Origin: the human T2T-CHM13v2.0 reference genome, Homo sapiens
Reading direction: 5' to 3' (one strand)
Length of the DNA: 64,000 nt
Assembly (NCBI RefSeq): GCF_009914755.1
Contig: NC_060947.1
The notes under the pieces were generated by a model. It did no database searches, was not told where the DNA came from, and saw only the letters and a program-made list of their open reading frames with translations. Both the position numbers and the translations under genes were made by a program. Within the stretch, counting starts at the first letter, position 1. Each line of letters opens with the position of its first letter. Positions 58,168 to 64,000 of this stretch are shown here, piece after piece.

Positions 58168-58450
58168 AGCCAGGCACAGTGGCACATGCCTGTAATCCTA
58201 AAGCTTTGGGAGGTCTAGGGAGGAGGATTGCTTTAGGCCAGGAGTTTGAGACTAGCCTGGGCAACATAGACAGCCCCTTTCTCTACAGGAAGAAAAAAAA
58301 AATAGCTGGGCATTGTAACTAGTCCCAACTTCTTGGGAGGCTGAGACAGGAGGATTGCTTCAGCCCGGGAGTGCAAGGCTGCAGTAATTTAGGATTTGTC
58401 ACTGAACTCCAGCCTGGGTAACAAAGCGACATGTTGTCTCTAAAAAAATA
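58168..58450 (+). mobile_element. AluJ
   Basis: ggaggattgctttaggccaggagtttgagactagcctgggcaacatag (J-type diagnostics), diverged. Confidence 0.88.
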
Positions 58451-58810
58451 ATTAATTAAAAGAAAACAATAAACAAATCCAGTGAGTAATTCCAATTGGA
58501 CTGGTTTTACAACCTCATGATAGTGAGATTTAGGAGAAAATAATAAATTCCTTTATGAAGAACAAATATTTAGGCCCTACAGTCAATTCTCTCAATTCTA
58601 TGTTCCAATGTTTGCAAATATACCCTCACTGTAGCTTATTAGAGTGTGACCATCTGTGATACTTTTGCAGATTCTTAAACAATTGCCACATTTCAAAGGT
58701 CATACATGGAAAGTGATTAAGAATTCTTAGACAAAAATCAGCATTGATTTTAATAATATTATTTACAAAGGCTATTTTCGTAGGGTGACTTTTATGAGAC
58801 AAGTATATTA

Positions 58811-59111
58811 CAGTTGGCCCTCCATAGTTGTATGTTCCACATCTGCAGATTCAAACTGTCACACATGGAAAATATTTTGAAATAAACAATAAAAAGTAGC
58901 AATACAACAATAAAGATAGAAAATGTAAAATACATTATACCAACTGTTTATATAGACTTTACATTGTATTAGGTATCAGTAATCTAGGCAGCATGTGCAT
59001 AGGTGATATACAAATACTATGCCATTTTATATCAGGGACTTGAGCATCCACAGATCTTGGTATCCGAGGGGGTCCTGGAACCAATCCCCTGGGGATATCA
59101 AGGGACGACTA
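58811..59111 (-). mobile_element. MER2 (TcMar-Tigger) fossil
   Basis: ta-cagttggccctcc...gggacttgagcatcc...ggaaccaatcccctggggatatcaagggacgact. Confidence 0.85.
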
Positions 59112-59134
59112 CAAGTGGTCTTTTATAGACATTA

Positions 59135-59305
59135 CTTTTAATTCTTGTGATAACTCCATGGTGTATACATAATCACCACCATCTTCAGATGAGGAAGTAG
59201 AAGCTCAAAAAGGTTCATAAAGTTACCAAAGTCACATAAGACAGAAGTTACTAAGCTATAACTCAGGTCTGTCACACTGCCATGTTTTTTCTAACAAGCC
59301 ACACT
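59135..59305 (-). mobile_element. MIR
   Basis: ccatcttcagatgaggaagtagaagctca...ccaaagtcaca. Confidence 0.6.
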
Positions 59306-60231
59306 GCTTCTTCCAGAAATCTCCCTGTTTTGGGACCATGTAGGCCTTATATGATGATGGCTGAAACTGATTCTTCCAATGCAATTAAACCCTTGACGTT
59401 TAAAAAATAAGTAAAAATCTAAAAATCAGTAGAAACAAAAGGATTCAAAAATTACATATGTTTATACCAGAATTTTCTTTTTGGTTTTCTTGAGCTATGT
59501 ATTATTCAACAATGCCACTTCTTTCAGGGTTTCTTATGCATTCTCCTCAGTAATGTTTAAGAGATTTTTAAACAAGAGCCCCATTCAAGTTGTCATCATT
59601 GAATTTTAATCCCCTCAAGCAAATGGTCACACTAAAAGGGTGCAGCAGATGATGAAGGGTGCCCTGCAGCAAATTGCTTCAGGGGCCTGACCAAAAGGAT
59701 TCAGTCAAGCTTCTAATCTTTCTACACATCAACAGCAGAAATCGTCAGGCAATCTTGATAATCAAGTGTTATCTCAATACTTGTTTCAAACATTTAAAGG
59801 AGACCTTGATGGGAACTTAAAACATAACCATGGCTTGTGCTTTGATTGTATCTACTCTTTCATTTTAACAAGAACACTTAATAGTTGGGGGAACTAGAGT
59901 CCTTACCCCAGGTATTCTCAGCTTCAATGTCAGTGGCTCAGAGGATGTCTCTGAAGTGCAAACCTCTACTTCATTAAAATAGTCTTCTAATCTGAAATCT
60001 ATTTTTGGTTTCCCTGAGTTTATTTTAATTTTACTTTGCTTTTATGTTGCCTGTCCATTCCCTAGAAAAACACGAACTCCATCAGAACAGTATGTTATTA
60101 GTATAATTATTCACTGTATTCCTAGTTCCTAAGGAGTTTTCTGGAACATCATAGGAGCTCAGTAAACAAGCCATGAAGGAGCTGATGGCTGTAGAATTTA
60201 CAGAGTATGTGCTATACATGGAGAGTAGAAA

Positions 60232-60800
60232 CAAGGCAGGATAATAGGGTCTGGAGGCAGGGAACGTAAGGCCGATTCACACTGACTTCTTAGAACTAAA
60301 TCTAAAGGAAAACCCCAACTCTCCACACCCAAGTAACAAAAGGGCCAGAGGCTACTCCCTTTGCAACCCCTGCCCCCTATTTTCTGCGTGGTGGATGAAA
60401 AACTGAAAGTACTTATGGTTGGTCCCCTCCCATAACTCAATCAGGCTGGCCATGGGCCAAGTCTTTATTTGCATAGGAGTATAACTTTGTAACTTCACTT
60501 CAGCCTCTGGTTGGTCACTTTCTGCAACCAATGAGACTGATCGTGGGCCGCTACCTCATTTACACAGGGTGTACATCAGGTAACCAACGGGAAACTTCTA
60601 GAGCGTATTTAAACCCCAAAAAATTCTGTAACCAGGCTCTTGAGCCCCTATGCTCAGGCCCATTCCCACCCAGTGGAGTGTACTTTCGTTTTCAGTAAAT
60701 CTCTGCTTCTGTTGCTTCATGCTTTCCATGATTTGTTTGTGTGTTTTCTCCGATTCTTTGTTCAAGATGCCAAGAACCTGGACACCCTCCACCAGTAACA
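60232..60800 (+). mobile_element. MER51A-like solo LTR
   Basis: aggcaggataatagggtctggaggcagggaac...gccaagaacctggacaccctccaccagtaaca. Flanks gaaa/gaag. Octamer ATTTGCAT at 60467-60474. Confidence 0.82.
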
Positions 60801-60946
60801 GAAGAGCTGAGTATAGCATTTCCAGGTTGATCAGTTTTCAAGGTCTTCATTTTGAAAGGGCTTGTTGAAGTAAAACCATCCAAAGTGTTTCCTCTGGAGC
60901 CACCTGGAATTGATTTTTCACACATCTAAAGTCTGCTTATGGCCAC

Positions 60947-61307
60947 TGTATTAGCCCATTTTCACACTGCTGATATAGACATACCTGAGACTGGGTAATT
61001 TATAAAGAAGAAGAGGTTTAATGGACTCTCAGTTCCATGTGGATGGGGAGGCCTCACAATCATGGTGGAAGGTGAAAGTCATGTCTTACATGGGAGCAGA
61101 CAGGAGAGAGAATAAGGGCCAAGGGGTAAACCCCTTATAAAACCATTAGATCTCGTGGGATTTATTCACTACCATGAGAACAGTATGGGGGAAGACCTGC
61201 CTCCATGATTCAGTTACCTCCTACTTGGTCCCTCCCATGACACGTGGGAATTGTAGGAGCTACAATTTAAGATGAGAGTTGGATGGGAACACAGCCAAGC
61301 CACATCA
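60947..61307 (-). mobile_element. THE1 (C-like) solo LTR
   Basis: tgtattagcccattttcacactgctgata...acacagccaagccacatca. Perfect TSD GCCAC. Confidence 0.92.
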
Positions 61308-61763
61308 GCCACCAAGTGAAGAAAGTTCTCTGTGGCCACCACAGCTGTTGAGGAAGAAGCCATGGAATTTGTACTTTCACTTTTAGAATACAAAAGAAGG
61401 CTTGTAGAAGGTGTAAAAGAAACTGTTAGCTAAAAAGGATAAAATTCTGCATTTCTCAAGAGGCATAATACATTAATTAAATTAATATTTATTCAAAAAT
61501 ACTGTTTATCATATGTCAGGCATCATGTTATGAGCATAAGTTTCTAGGTTTGTGTCCGTGGTGAGCAAAACCAGACAATTTTCAAAGTTCTGTTGACCAA
61601 AACAATCAAACTCTGTAAAACATTTGAAGAGATTTATTCTGAGCCAAATATGAGTGACCTTGACCCATGACACAGCCCTCAGGAGGTCCAGAGAACATGT
61701 GTCCAAGGTGGTCAGGGTGCAGCTTGGTTTTATACATTTTAGGGAGGCATAAGACATCAATCA

Positions 61764-62099
<336 letters not shown>

Positions 62100-62308
62100 T
62101 TAAAGCCACAGGTGAATCAGGAGATGGGCTTCAATTGGTTGAGTTTGTCTGAAGACCTAGGATCAACAGAAAGGAATGTCTGGGTTAAGATAAGAAGTTG
62201 TGGAGATCAAAAGTGTTATCATGCAGATGAAGCTTTTAGCTAGCAGGCTTCAGAGAGAATAGATTATAAAATATTTCCTACCAGACTTAAAGTCTGTGTT
62301 GATGTTAG

Positions 62309-62760
<452 letters not shown>

Positions 62761-62799
62761 TGGAGGCCCTTAGAATTTTATTTTTGGTTTACAACGGAA

Positions 62800-63370
62800 A
62801 GCTCTCCAATGACTCTCCACATATACCTCTTATCCTGCCCTTCAAAGCCCTACTATGATCTGTCTTATTTTCTCTCTGACCCGATCTCCTAGGATACATT
62901 CTCACTTACACTATTCCGTACACACTGATTTCCTTGTTAATCATTGAGAACACCAGGGTCTATTCTAATCTAAGAAAGTTGTATTTTTCCCTATGCCTGG
63001 AATGTACTTCCCTCACCTTCACTCTCCTCTATGCACATCATTCCATAGCTGACTTCTCAATAATTGAGATCTGGAAAGTGGCATAGTTTAATAACTCAAT
63101 GTTAAATAGCCAGATGACTATACTCTATCATATTACCTGTTCTATTTATCTGAAAAACACATTGCTATTTAAATTTTTATAGTTTTTTTTAATATATTTG
63201 CCTGTTTATTTTCATCCCTCCCTACTAGAATATGAGCTTTGTGAGACATGGGAACTTTTCTTTCTGCCAGGGATTCCTTTTGGTTTGGTTCCTGCTTCAT
63301 ATACTCTATCTAGAATAGGGTTTGATACATAATAGATTCTCTCTATGTATTTGTTAAATGAAAAATGAAT
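62800..63370 (+). mobile_element. L2 3' region
   Basis: ttcaaagccctactatgatctg...ctatgcctggaatg...ctagaatatgagcttt...tatttgttaaatgaaaaatgaat. Confidence 0.65.
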
Positions 63371-63634
63371 AGACATTTATCAAATAAAACCAATAAATGT
63401 ATAATTGCAAGAGTGCTGAGTACTGTAAAGAAGTTCATCAAAATCCCTTTACAGGGATTTTGATGAAGAAAAGTACTGGTAGGATGTAGGGAAGCTACTT
63501 TAGGTAAACACATTTACCAAGTGCTTTCTATGGGGGTGGTAATTTGAGACCTGATAGAAGAGAAGGAGCTGGCAATGGAAAATGTGATAGAAAGAGTTCT
63601 CACTATTTTTTCTTCCACTTATTTTTTACACATT

Positions 63635-63890
63635 TATTTTAACTTTTTATTTTAAAATAGTTATGGATTCACAGAAAGTTCCTAAGATAGTACAGAGATG
63701 TTCTGTGGACCAGTCATCCAACTTTCCTCATGAAAACTATAGTATAATAGCAATTCCAGGAAGTTGACAGTGGTACAATGTTTGTGTATAGTCCTATGCC
63801 ATTTTATCACGTGTAGGTTTGTGTAAACACTATTACACTCATACTGCAGAACTACTTCATCATCACAAAACATCACCCTCAGGCTGCTGC
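63635..63890 (-). mobile_element. Old L1M 3' end
   Basis: ttttattttaaaatagttatggattcacagaaagtt...gatagtacagaga...ccaggaagttgaca. Confidence 0.6.
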
Positions 63891-64000
63891 TTTATATTTT
63901 TCTCAGTCCCTTTGATTTTCTGCAGTTATGGGCTGTGGTGATTTAGGGTGAGGTCAGTACAAAATTGTTTCTATTCCATAAAGAAATGTATGCATCCATT

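Overview
Primate, almost certainly human, repeat-dense genomic DNA: it carries an AluYa5-like element with every CpG intact. I see no credible protein-coding exon, RNA gene or CRISPR array; the long ORFs trace to simple repeats or to L1, Alu and LTR remnants. Repeat families were named by eye from remembered consensus sequences, so subfamily calls need a Dfam/RepeatMasker check. Contents: old L1M fragments, nine Alus, L2/MIR relics, MER2/MER5A/MER103 DNA-transposon fossils and about ten solo LTRs. There is also a complete THE1 element, a twin-primed inverted L1, and a 9.7 kb MER4A-type provirus (TSD GTAT) with LTR8, LTR12C and LTR9B pieces nested in it. The main structure that repeat annotation does not explain is a set of short local duplications. 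One is a two-donor chimera (5970-6397) with a near-identical subtract. One is an old 236 bp copy inside an L2. One is a 229 bp copy in a MIR, with an 8 bp flanking direct repeat and a snap-back hairpin at its junction. These resemble templated-insertion repair scars. I cannot support a new biological system beyond this.
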